A DNA stretch of 22,442 nucleotides, taken from Dehalococcoidia bacterium. GTDB lineage: Bacteria; Chloroflexota; Dehalococcoidia; GIF9; AB-539-J10. The stretch covers positions 1 through 22,442 of the forward strand of contig JAUWOR010000012.1 in assembly GCA_030612025.1 (NCBI GenBank), read 5' to 3'. The notes beneath the pieces were generated by a model. It had not been told where the DNA came from, did no database searches, and saw only the letters and a program-made list of their open reading frames with translations. Below, piece after piece: positions 6,598 to 14,817 of the stretch. A program made the position numbers and the translations under genes. Within the stretch, counting starts at the first letter, position 1. Every line of letters starts with the position of its first letter.

Positions 6598-6947
6598 GTC
6601 TTGGCCATCTCCTCGGTATAGTATCTATATGGAGCACCGGAGGGGTAAAAATTGGGATATCTTGAAGCTATATAATGCCTATCAAGCTCTTTAGCGAAAT
6701 CGATGAATTGCCTGAATTTTCCCCCAAATTTTGAACACTCCTCAATTAAATCAACGACTGAATGTGTTATCAGCGCCCTGAATCCTTGGGAATATAAAAT
6801 CCCCTTAAGTCCCTTTTCAGCCAACTGCTGACTAAAAAATGCAGAGGCGTAGTAGTTTCCGTCTCGGAGGCAATCTTGAGCTGTTTTCAGGTCGGCTTCT
6901 GCTTGCTCAAGCCACCTTAAACCTTCTCTCAAATTATTGTTCATCAT
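6540..6947 (-). CDS. HEPN domain protein
   Basis: WLEQAEADL..YYASAFFSQQLAEKGLKG..TH..LDRHYIASRYP. Confidence 0.9.
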   Translation of the reverse strand: MMNNNLREGLRWLEQAEADLKTAQDCLRDGNYYASAFFSQQLAEKGLKGILYSQGFRALITHSVVDLIEECSKFGGKFRQFIDFAKELDRHYIASRYPNFYPSGAPYRYYTEEMAKTCLSYATLILAEVKKYLKE

Positions 6948-7074
6948 TTATCCCTTTCCACTACCGCGCATTATATAGAATTTATTACTCTAAAGATAGA
7001 ATGGCTATGGCAAGTTTGAATGTCTAGGATTGCTCTTTTTGTGGATGGGGCTTGAGCCTTGATTTAGAAGTTTT

Positions 7075-7192
7075 AGGCTGTTTAATTTTGCTCGTCCAGT
7101 TTTAATAATCTTCACCCCCAAGATTCTCGTAGTGCGACCCTTTAGGGTCGTGCACGAGGCTAAAGCCTCGCACTACGTTTTTAAACACCCTC
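7075..7192 (+). mobile_element. MITE-like element, copy 4 (module A at 7129-7176)
   Basis: aggctgtttaattttg..ttcaccccca..GTAG module..tttttaaacaccctc. Confidence 0.78.
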
Positions 7193-7295
7193 ATTGTTTA
7201 ATATGTCCTTTCTCTATCATATAACCTTTGAGCGCCTCTTGCTAAGTTCTCATGTCGTCCATACCTAAAAGTTTGGGAAGGTAGTTATCAAGCAG
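7191..7295 (-). pseudogene. 3' fragment of rmlD-like reductase with a W-to-TAG change
   Basis: LLDNYLPKLLGMDDMRT*QEALKGYMIEKGHIKQ*. Confidence 0.75.
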
Positions 7296-8600
7296 CTATA
7301 TGGAGAGTCTGCGGGCAAGGACATAGATGGCTACTGCAGCCTGGGCTCCAAGCCAGGCATAGCCAATGCCCATTATGCCGCTGGCGGGCATAATTAGATA
7401 GCTGACTAGAAGCACCGCTAAAGCGATAAATCCCCAGATTGCCATGAGCTCCTTTAGTCTGCTTTTTACCCGCAGTATGCTGGTGTATAGGTGGTTAATC
7501 GCTAACGGCAGGCTGGAGAGGCTCAGAATCCAGAGCAGCCTTAAGGCATTTAAGGAATAGCTTTGCCCAAAGGCAAGCAGCAGCCATTTGCCCACCAAAA
7601 TAAGCACGGTCACTGCCGGAACCAGGAGCAGGAAGGTGAATTTGAGAGATTTGGTTACATTTTCCCTCAGCTTGTTTTCGAAGTGAGAGCCCTCGGCAAA
7701 TAAGGATTGGGAAACTGCTAGAGGGATGGCGGAAAGCAAGCCAGCTATCGCCCAGGCGATGTAGAAGTAAGCATTTTGCTCAGCGCCCAGAAGGTTGACC
7801 ACCATTAGGGGTAAGATAAGTGGTGGAGAGGATGCCAATAGATTGGCTAAGTAATTGCCTCCAGAATATCGCCACATATCCTTGATTAAGCCTAACCTTA
7901 GATTGGGTGCGGGCTTATAAAGTTTCTGGACTCTGGGCAGAAACAAGAAAATAGAAATAGCTAGAGCTACGGCGATGGCGATGCCCCAAGAAGCAACTAT
8001 GCCAAAGGTGCGGAAGAATAGAACGAAAAGAATGGGCAGGGGGATTTTGAGCACCGAGTAGATGGTGTTCTTGGATAAGACAAAGCCGGCTCGCCTTTTG
8101 GCTATGAAGGTATAGTCTACTAAACTTGATAATGTCCAGAGTAAGGCGAAAATGATGAAGGCTGCGGTGAAGATGGCATTTTGCCTGACGAAGGCTAAGG
8201 CTGGCGACCAGAAACCCAGGCCAACAATGAAGATACTGGCTACCACCAGGCTGACGAGGCCGCTCAGGGTATAGCAGGAGTTTATCAATTGTTGTGGTTT
8301 GTCTGCCTGAGGCAGGAAGCGGATAAGCGAGGTATTTAAGCCGACCAGGCTTATGGCGGCGATGAGACTGATGGCTGATATTATGGCGGAGCTGAAGCCC
8401 ACCTCGGCTTCGGGATAAAATCTAGCCACCACCATCCAGAAGAAGAAGCCACAAAAAGCCATGACCGCGGTATTGAGCATGAGGTAAAAGGCATTGCTAT
8501 AAAGGGGGGTAGTAACAACTTGCTTCAGCTTCCGTCTGGAGGTAATGGTATCTATGGCTTCAGTGACTACCTTGAGGAAAGTGAAGTTGGTTGATTTCAA
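7296..8600 (-). CDS. Oligosaccharide flippase (Wzx/MOP family); start uncertain
   Basis: About 12 hydrophobic segments; GFFFWMVVAR, GLNTSLIRFLP; glycan-locus context. Confidence 0.85.
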   Translation of the reverse strand: MKSTNFTFLKVVTEAIDTITSRRKLKQVVTTPLYSNAFYLMLNTAVMAFCGFFFWMVVARFYPEAEVGFSSAIISAISLIAAISLVGLNTSLIRFLPQADKPQQLINSCYTLSGLVSLVVASIFIVGLGFWSPALAFVRQNAIFTAAFIIFALLWTLSSLVDYTFIAKRRAGFVLSKNTIYSVLKIPLPILFVLFFRTFGIVASWGIAIAVALAISIFLFLPRVQKLYKPAPNLRLGLIKDMWRYSGGNYLANLLASSPPLILPLMVVNLLGAEQNAYFYIAWAIAGLLSAIPLAVSQSLFAEGSHFENKLRENVTKSLKFTFLLLVPAVTVLILVGKWLLLAFGQSYSLNALRLLWILSLSSLPLAINHLYTSILRVKSRLKELMAIWGFIALAVLLVSYLIMPASGIMGIGYAWLGAQAAVAIYVLARRLSI

Positions 8601-8610
8601 TATCGCCTCG

Positions 8611-9297
8611 TTATGATAAGTCCTCCAGGCTTCCTATATCAATCCAGGATTCAGTGAAGGGGTAGGCGTGGACTTCATCCTTATCTATCAGGTAAACGAT
8701 AAAGCTGCCCAAGTTATCTCTTTTGCCCCGCTGGCAATATTGGTGGAGGAGGGGAAATATCCGTTGAGGGAAGATATAGCAGGCGGTAGCAACAAGGCTT
8801 GACTTGGGCTTGGCTGGCTTTTCCTGGAATTCAGCTATCCTGTGCCCATCCAGTTGCACCACGCCAAACTGGCTGGCCTTACCTTTGTCGCCGATATCGT
8901 AAACAGCTACCAGGGTATGCTTGCCATCATATCTGGCTATGAATTGAGCCAAATCGAACTCAAAATAGTTATCCCCGGCGATAACCAAGAGGTCTTCATC
9001 TATGGTTTTTTTCCCAATCCAGAAGTTAAGCGAGCCAACAGCGCCTAGCTTCTGATCCTCGCTTAAAACTTCCTCTACCAGGATTTCCACCTTTCTGTTT
9101 ATTGTTCCTTGCCAGTGATGAAAATCAGCCTCAAACTTTTTGTTGGTGTTAACCATGATGTCTATATTTTTGGGAATCTTAGCCACGATATGGCTTATTA
9201 TCGGGTTGCCTTTATATCCCAGTAAGGCTTTTGCCCGGTTAATGGTCAAGGGATATAACCTGGTGCCAAAGCCGCCAGCCAGTATTAAGCATTTCAT
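8611..9297 (-). CDS. Sugar-phosphate nucleotidyltransferase (NTP_transferase family)
   Basis: ILAGGFGTRLYPLT, GDN, FGVV, FQEKP, WIDIG. Confidence 0.93.
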   Translation of the reverse strand: MKCLILAGGFGTRLYPLTINRAKALLGYKGNPIISHIVAKIPKNIDIMVNTNKKFEADFHHWQGTINRKVEILVEEVLSEDQKLGAVGSLNFWIGKKTIDEDLLVIAGDNYFEFDLAQFIARYDGKHTLVAVYDIGDKGKASQFGVVQLDGHRIAEFQEKPAKPKSSLVATACYIFPQRIFPLLHQYCQRGKRDNLGSFIVYLIDKDEVHAYPFTESWIDIGSLEDLS

Positions 9298-9314
9298 AGT
9301 TTAGCAACCTCAAC

Positions 9315-9365
9315 TAGCGTGTAGCGCGTAGCGGGTAGCGGGTAGATGCTATGTGCATATTCACT
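9315..9365. repeat. 7-bp tandem repeat (tagcgNg) and copy 1 of a ~36-bp direct repeat (copy 2 at 9719-9754)
   Basis: tagcgggtagcgggtagatgctatgtgcatattcact vs tagcgggtagggggtagatactatgcgctattcact. Confidence 0.75.
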
Positions 9366-9391
9366 ATCCATCACCTTCCAGCCGGCTAAAC

Positions 9392-9517
9392 AGGCTGTTT
9401 AATTTTGCCTCAATCAGATTTTCGTAGTGCGACCTTTTAAGGTCGTGCACGAGGCTAAAGCCTCGCACTACATTTGTAAACAGTCGCCCAATAAATTGGG
9501 CAACTACATTTTTAAAC
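9392..9517 (+). mobile_element. MITE-like element, copy 5 (module A plus half of module B)
   Basis: Identical to 1-122 over 9396-9517. Confidence 0.8.
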
Positions 9518-9701
9518 TATCCGCTACCCTCTAGTTTACTAATATAGCTCGATAAAAGTCGTCCCACTTCCTCATTCATTTCATAAACTTTCTTGAATTT
9601 GACTCAGAAGAAGGGAATCCTGAGGTCACCTGATAAACTAAAAGTGCGACTTTGTAGCTTTTCTGATAAGCTAATAAATCCTTGTAATTCTTTATCTTCA
9701 T
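9517..9701 (-). pseudogene. Internally deleted four-helix-bundle gene
   Basis: MKIKNYKDLLAYQKSYKVALLVYQVTSGFPSSE joined out of frame to KFKKVYEMNEEVGRLLSSYISKLEGSG*. Confidence 0.8.
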
Positions 9702-9745
9702 TCTACCTTTCTAGCATATAGCGGGTAGGGGGTAGATACTATGCG

Positions 9746-12139
9746 CTATTCACTTCTAATGTACTCGAATATCTTCACCGCTGGCTTGCCTTGCCATTTC
9801 TGTGCTGAGCTATAAACCAGCTGGTAATGCGTCATTTCTTCCAGGGGCACAGGAGTAACGAATGGGTCAGAATTCCCAATGACATACTTCCCAGATTCCT
9901 GGCTCAAGATGTAGGCTTTGGCTTCTTCATAGCCGGGGAAGGACCAAGAATTGCTGACCTCCTTATACTGTACCCCTTCTTTGCTTGTTTTCCATTCCCA
10001 GGAGATGACTATGGTGGAGTTCTCCGAAGGAACGGCAGCCTGGCCATTAAAATTGTATAGCCTGACAACAGTGGAACAATAGTAGCTGGGATAAAAGAAG
10101 GATACCCGCTTTAATTCTCCCCCTTCCTGCGGCACATAGTAAGTTCCATGAAAGTCATCGGGGCTGCCGCCAATAAATTGTGGCATGGCATAGAATTTTG
10201 TAGTGGGCATGGCATAATCAATTATGACATATCTTGAGCCCAGCTTGTCCATCATCTGATTAGCCGAGCCCTCATCTTGAGCAGTGAAGAAGCGGGCTGC
10301 CTCTGAGGCGCCCTGCTGAAATGGGTTAGAAATGGGTATGCGGTGGGCAATACGAGTTATCCAATGTCCATAATCCCACCAGGATATTATGCTATAGGCA
10401 GATTCCGGGTAGTGGAATGGAGTTTGGTATAATTCATAATAAGAATTGGGGTCAGCAAAGGGTTCGGGGCTGTTATCCTTGAGCCACAGAAGGGAGTCAT
10501 ACCAGGCATGGTCAATGAGAGCAGGTTCACTGGCAAGTGGCTGTGTCAACTTAACAGGTAGTCCCAGAACCTTGGTGTAGGGCTTAATGCCAGGGAGTCC
10601 AATACAAGGGAAGAAAACCAGGAAAAAGATAACCACGCCGGCTGCAAGCACCTTTGTCCAGGTGGCTCTGCGTTGCTGCAGTGCTTTTTCTCGTGCCCTC
10701 GCTTCAGCCTTCCTCCATTTCTTGGCTTTCTTGACCACTTCGACTACCGCTGCAGGCGGGGCGAGCAATTTTTTTAAGCCAGCAAAGTCGAGGATTCTCC
10801 AGGAGAAGTATCCCGTGAGCAAAGCAGCATTTATGGCGTAGTAATAGCTGAAGCGGCGTTGCCCCAGGACGGCTGCCAGCATGACGATACTCCATACCAG
10901 GAACAACGTCTTGCCAGCACTTTCTTCTCTGATATTGCGGTAAATGAGCCAGCCGAGTGAAATGAAGGAGATGAAAAAGGTAGTGGTAAAGTTAAACCAG
11001 GCTATTTGGAGAGAGAAGTGACCGTAGGGGAAAAGAAGAGGATGCACCTCTAGGATAGTCAGCGAGGCGCCAGCGGGAGTGAAGACGCGAAATCTGCCGA
11101 GCATCGAGTGCAGCAAAGAAGGGTTAATGATATAGAAAGCGGCAAAGCCGATTGCAGCGAGGGCAAATATTGCTGGCAGGTAATAAATGGGCTTTATGGC
11201 CTTGCTTGTCATAAGTCGCGAAATACTACTTAGCACCAAGGGTGTTACTATGGCAATTATCAGAGATGCATGCTGGATAGTCGATACCCAAATTTGACCT
11301 AAGAGGGGAAGGGAGATTATGCAGGCAACAAGGAAGGATAGGGTGCCGGTGATACATAAGTAATCAGTTGGTTTACCTTTCAGGTGGTCTATGAGGAATT
11401 GAATTACTACATAGGTGAAGATGATAAACACAAGTAGCAACCCACCCACCCAGGTGAGAAGGTAAATGCCGAGGAAGATGCCAGCTAACAAGGTATAGAT
11501 GAGAGGCTTGGTGATAATCTGCCAACTTCTGTTTATTAAGTGAGCAAACGATATTTCCCTTTCTCTGGCTGTTTTGACCGCCAGAATCAAAAATAGTATG
11601 GTTAGCGTGGTAAACAAAGTCTCGGCCACATGGTGGTCGGTAAAGCCAAGCAGGGAGCGATTTAAAAACTCGCCGGGCAGTATAACGACTAAGGCAGCCG
11701 ATAACAAACCCACCCAGCGGTTAAATAACTCCTTGCCAATGAAATAGACCGGGATAATGGTTAGAGTGCCCAAAATAGCGGGAATATAGGCACCAACGAG
11801 GTCTATGGTATGCTGACTTGGTGAACCTAAGCCAACAAGCCGAATAACGCCAGCGACGAGCCAGTCAAAGAATGGAGGCCAGGGCACTGTGGTGCCGTGG
11901 GGATAGAAGGTATAAGGGTCGAAGGTGATATGGTGAGGAAAGTGGTGGAGCAGGTTATCCACCAATCTCATGTGATACCAGGCATCAGTTCCTTTGAACC
12001 AGACTGAACCATTGACGAAAACCTGGTCATAGGGCAGAGCTATGCGTATATATAATGAGATGCCGCAGAGGATGAATAAAATTATACCAATTATAGCTGC
12101 AAGAGGAATTTTACCCTTCTGACTTGGTTGCTCGCTCAC
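9746..12139 (-). CDS. Oligosaccharyltransferase STT3 subunit, AglB-like
   Basis: 797 aa, multi-TM; GTDAWYH, DHHVAE, RFSYY, SWWDYGHWI, SNPFQQG. Confidence 0.95.
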   Translation of the reverse strand: MSEQPSQKGKIPLAAIIGIILFILCGISLYIRIALPYDQVFVNGSVWFKGTDAWYHMRLVDNLLHHFPHHITFDPYTFYPHGTTVPWPPFFDWLVAGVIRLVGLGSPSQHTIDLVGAYIPAILGTLTIIPVYFIGKELFNRWVGLLSAALVVILPGEFLNRSLLGFTDHHVAETLFTTLTILFLILAVKTAREREISFAHLINRSWQIITKPLIYTLLAGIFLGIYLLTWVGGLLLVFIIFTYVVIQFLIDHLKGKPTDYLCITGTLSFLVACIISLPLLGQIWVSTIQHASLIIAIVTPLVLSSISRLMTSKAIKPIYYLPAIFALAAIGFAAFYIINPSLLHSMLGRFRVFTPAGASLTILEVHPLLFPYGHFSLQIAWFNFTTTFFISFISLGWLIYRNIREESAGKTLFLVWSIVMLAAVLGQRRFSYYYAINAALLTGYFSWRILDFAGLKKLLAPPAAVVEVVKKAKKWRKAEARAREKALQQRRATWTKVLAAGVVIFFLVFFPCIGLPGIKPYTKVLGLPVKLTQPLASEPALIDHAWYDSLLWLKDNSPEPFADPNSYYELYQTPFHYPESAYSIISWWDYGHWITRIAHRIPISNPFQQGASEAARFFTAQDEGSANQMMDKLGSRYVIIDYAMPTTKFYAMPQFIGGSPDDFHGTYYVPQEGGELKRVSFFYPSYYCSTVVRLYNFNGQAAVPSENSTIVISWEWKTSKEGVQYKEVSNSWSFPGYEEAKAYILSQESGKYVIGNSDPFVTPVPLEEMTHYQLVYSSAQKWQGKPAVKIFEYIRSE

Positions 12140-12175
12140 TTAGCTACCTTTCAAACAAGATTTTACCAAATTTTT

Positions 12176-12225
12176 GTAGTTGCCTGATTTATCAGGCACA
12201 GTCGCCCAATAAATTGGGCAACTAC
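12176..12225 (+). repeat. REP-like module B
   Basis: gtagttgcctgatttatcaggcacagtcgcccaataaattgggcaactac, identical to 5631-5680. Confidence 0.9.
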
Positions 12226-12555
12226 ATGTTTATTACTATCTATATATTCAGCAGGAATGCCAGTTGCCCAGCTATTGGGATATCTGGCCGGAATATAAAA
12301 TCTGTCTAACTGTTTGGCTCCATCCACCAACTCGTCCGGAACATTTATCTTTTCTCTACTCACCTTTAACAAATCAGTTACTGAATGTCCCCATGCTTCA
12401 GCTCCCATCTTTTGGTAAATTGCCTTAATCGCCTTCTCTGGCGCTTGTTGGGCTATAAAACAGGACCATTCAAAAAAACCGTCTTCCATCTATGCTCGGG
12501 CACTATCTAAATCTCTCCAAGCTTGCTTGATCCAATCACTGCTTCTTTCTGGCAT
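12226..12555 (-). pseudogene. HEPN domain gene with an internal TAG (12490-12492) and a truncated 3' end
   Basis: MPERSSDWIKQAWRDLDSARA*MEDGFFEWSCFIAQQAPEKAIKA..GH..LDRFYIPARYPN; no MNT partner follows. Confidence 0.85.
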
Positions 12556-12718
12556 CTTGTCTTCTCTGTCTGGCTTTAGATTATAACACTGTGTGGAAAC
12601 GTTACCATAAATTCTAATTTCTAAACAATGCCAAAATTCGAATAACGAAAACGGTTTTGAGTTTTTGATATTTGAGCTTGCTTAGCTTAGGATTTGGTAT
12701 TCCGGATTTCATGCGCTC

Positions 12719-12760
12719 AGGCGGGGATGAACCCCGCCACTACGAAGTGAAGCAATCTCA
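12719..12760. repeat. REP-like hairpin ggcggggatgaaccccgcc-actac plus aagtgaagcaat
   Basis: Similar to 2605-2623 and 2882-2893; lies downstream of tRNA-Gly. Confidence 0.55.
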
Positions 12761-12790
12761 GTGGGATAGCTATGAGGCTAAAAATGAGAA

Positions 12791-12862
12791 AGCGGGTGAT
12801 GGGATTCGAACCCACGACGTCTTGCTTGGGAAGCAAGCACTCTACCGCTGAGTTACACCCGC
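12791..12862 (-). tRNA. tRNA-Gly(CCC)
   Basis: Cloverleaf: GCGGGTG acceptor stem, CTTGC-TTCCCAA-GCAAG anticodon arm, GTTCGAATC; CCA not encoded. Confidence 0.97.
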
Positions 12863-12872
12863 AATTAAATAT

Positions 12873-12951
12873 ATTATCAAACTAGAGGGGTGTCGGTGTC
12901 AAGGATGGCAAAAAATTGGCTTATTGACCACCATTCGCTATATAGTATAAT
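12873..12951. promoter_or_regulatory. Back-to-back sigma70 promoters for tRNA-Gly (TTGACA-18-GATAAT, minus) and argC (TTGACC-16-TATAAT, plus)
   Basis: Near-consensus hexamers at 12897-12902/12873-12878 and 12924-12929/12946-12951. Confidence 0.6.
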
Positions 12952-12961
12952 AGGATTTGCT

Positions 12962-14005
12962 ATGCCACGAATAAAAGCAGGCATTATAAATGTCAGCGGA
13001 TATGCGGGAAGTGAGTTAGCTCGCTTGCTCCATCAACATCCTCAAGTAGAGCTCAAGTCGGTTACCGGGCGAGGTGCTGCAGGTCAAAAGCTGGGTGATG
13101 TTTTCCCGCATCTTGCCGATACTGGCCAGTTAATAAAAACTGAGCTCGATAGCGATATCGATATTGCCTTCTCAGCGATGCCGCATAAAGCCAGTGTCGG
13201 TGTAGTGCCATCTTTGCTAAGGCAAGGCATCAAGGTTATCGATGTTAGCGCTGATTTCAGGCTAAAGATTGCCGCTGAATATCCCAAATGGTATGGTTTT
13301 GACCATCCATTACCTGGACTACTACAGGAGGCAGTTTATGGCTTGCCTGAGCTGCACGGAGGTGAGATTGCCTCAGCATCTCTGGTGGCTAATCCTGGTT
13401 GCTATAGCACCGGCGCTATCCTGGCATTAGCACCAGTGGTTAAGGAAGGGCTCATTTACCCTGATGTAATAATTGACAGCAAATCGGGTATCTCCGGTGC
13501 TGGTAGAACTCCCAGCCTGGCTACCCATTATTCTGAAGCCAATGAGAATACATGTGCTTATTCCCTTGAGGGTCATCGCCACCTACCTGAAATAGAACAA
13601 GAACTGAGAGGATTAAATCCTGGGCTTTCCTTATTGATAACCTTTGTGCCTTACTTGGTGCCAATGACCCGGGGTATATTAAGTTCTTGCTATGCCAAAT
13701 TAAAAGGTGGTAAACTAGCTGAAAGTGTTAAGGCTGAAGAAGAGCTACAGCAGCTCTATCAGGAATTTTATAAAAATGCTCCCTTTGTTCGGGTAACAAA
13801 TAAGCCTCCGCAGACCAAACATGCTTGGGGAAATAACTTTTGCCTTATTTACCCTACTATCGATTTAAAGACCGGGAGGCTCATAGTTATTAGCTGCCTT
13901 GATAATCTAGTGAAGGGTGGGGCAGGGCAAGCTGTTCAGAATATGAATTTGATGTTTAATTTACCTGAGACAACTGGCCTTGAAGCTCTAGCTATTTGCC
14001 CTTAG
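12962..14005 (+). CDS. argC: N-acetyl-gamma-glutamyl-phosphate reductase
   Basis: SGYAGSEL, IDVSADFR, ANPGCY, SGISGAGR, DNLVKGGAGQAVQNMN; start set at ATG 12962. Confidence 0.97.
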   Translation: MPRIKAGIINVSGYAGSELARLLHQHPQVELKSVTGRGAAGQKLGDVFPHLADTGQLIKTELDSDIDIAFSAMPHKASVGVVPSLLRQGIKVIDVSADFRLKIAAEYPKWYGFDHPLPGLLQEAVYGLPELHGGEIASASLVANPGCYSTGAILALAPVVKEGLIYPDVIIDSKSGISGAGRTPSLATHYSEANENTCAYSLEGHRHLPEIEQELRGLNPGLSLLITFVPYLVPMTRGILSSCYAKLKGGKLAESVKAEEELQQLYQEFYKNAPFVRVTNKPPQTKHAWGNNFCLIYPTIDLKTGRLIVISCLDNLVKGGAGQAVQNMNLMFNLPETTGLEALAICP

Positions 14006-14014
14006 AATGTTCTT

Positions 14015-14087
14015 GCCCCCATCGTCTAGTGGACCAGGACGTCAGCCTTTCAAGCTGAAGACAGGGGTTCGAATTCCCTTGGGGGCA
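14015..14087 (+). tRNA. tRNA-Glu(TTC)
   Basis: GCCCCCA acceptor stem, TCAGC-CTTTCAA-GCTGA anticodon arm, GGTTCGAATT. Confidence 0.97.
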
Positions 14088-14104
14088 TTTTAATCTTTTA
14101 ACCT

Positions 14105-14650
14105 TTAGCGGTAACTTTCACGAAATACTAGTTCAGAGAATTTCTTCCTGGACGGTGTTTTTGCCTCTTTCGCAGGGTAACCTAAGGGAGTCATCTCAAC
14201 TACGACTACACCTTGTGGCACATTCAAAAGCTAGGCAGCTTTCTGGGCATCAAAGTGGCCCACGTGTACAGTTCCCAAACCAAGCGAGTGAGCGGCCAGG
14301 GTGAGGTTTTGCATAGCTAAAGCTACATCGAACATATACCACCAATCACCCTTGTCTGTGACTAGCTTACCTTCGTGAAAGCCAGATTTGCCTAGTTCTG
14401 CGCCGGCCACGATGATTACTGGTGCCTCTTTAATAGCTGAGCGCGCTGGGTTTCCAGGCCCAAGAGTTTCAGCTAATCTAGCTTTCTTTTCACTATCCTT
14501 AACTATTACGAATCTCCAGCACTGACTGTTCTTTTAAGAAGGTGTCCAGCGAGCTGCTTCCAGAACTGTGTTGAGTTTCTTTTCGGATATGGCATCGGGT
14601 TTATAATGCCGAATGCTACGCCTTGTTTTTATTGCTTCAAGCACCTCCAT
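14105..14650 (-). pseudogene. Nitroreductase family gene with two in-frame stops
   Basis: [56 protein letters not shown]; stops at 14534-14536 and 14231-14233. Confidence 0.9.
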
Positions 14651-14668
14651 CAGCCTTTTACCTACTTT

Positions 14669-14816
14669 TATTTAAGAGTGCGACCCTTTAAGGTCGTGCA
14701 CGAGGCTAAAGCCTCGCACTACATTTTTAAACACCCGCTATTTAAGCTGCCTGATTTATCAGGCATAATCGCCCAATAAATTGGGCAACTACATTTTTAA
14801 ACACCCGCTATTTAAG
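14669..14816 (+). repeat. Tandem of two 70-bp units carrying module A then module B
   Basis: tatttaag at 14669, 14739 and 14809; 29-bp direct repeat at 14718-14746 and 14788-14816. Confidence 0.85.
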
Positions 14817-14817
14817 T

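Noticed and set aside
12890-12961. N-terminal extensions of argC (also uvrC 16614, DUF72 19290, dual-OB 20089)
   Set aside because: They overlap promoters or neighbouring genes; family similarity begins at downstream ATGs
12791-14087. tRNA-anchored genomic island or prophage
   Set aside because: No duplicated tRNA 3' end, adjacent integrase or phage genes found in the window
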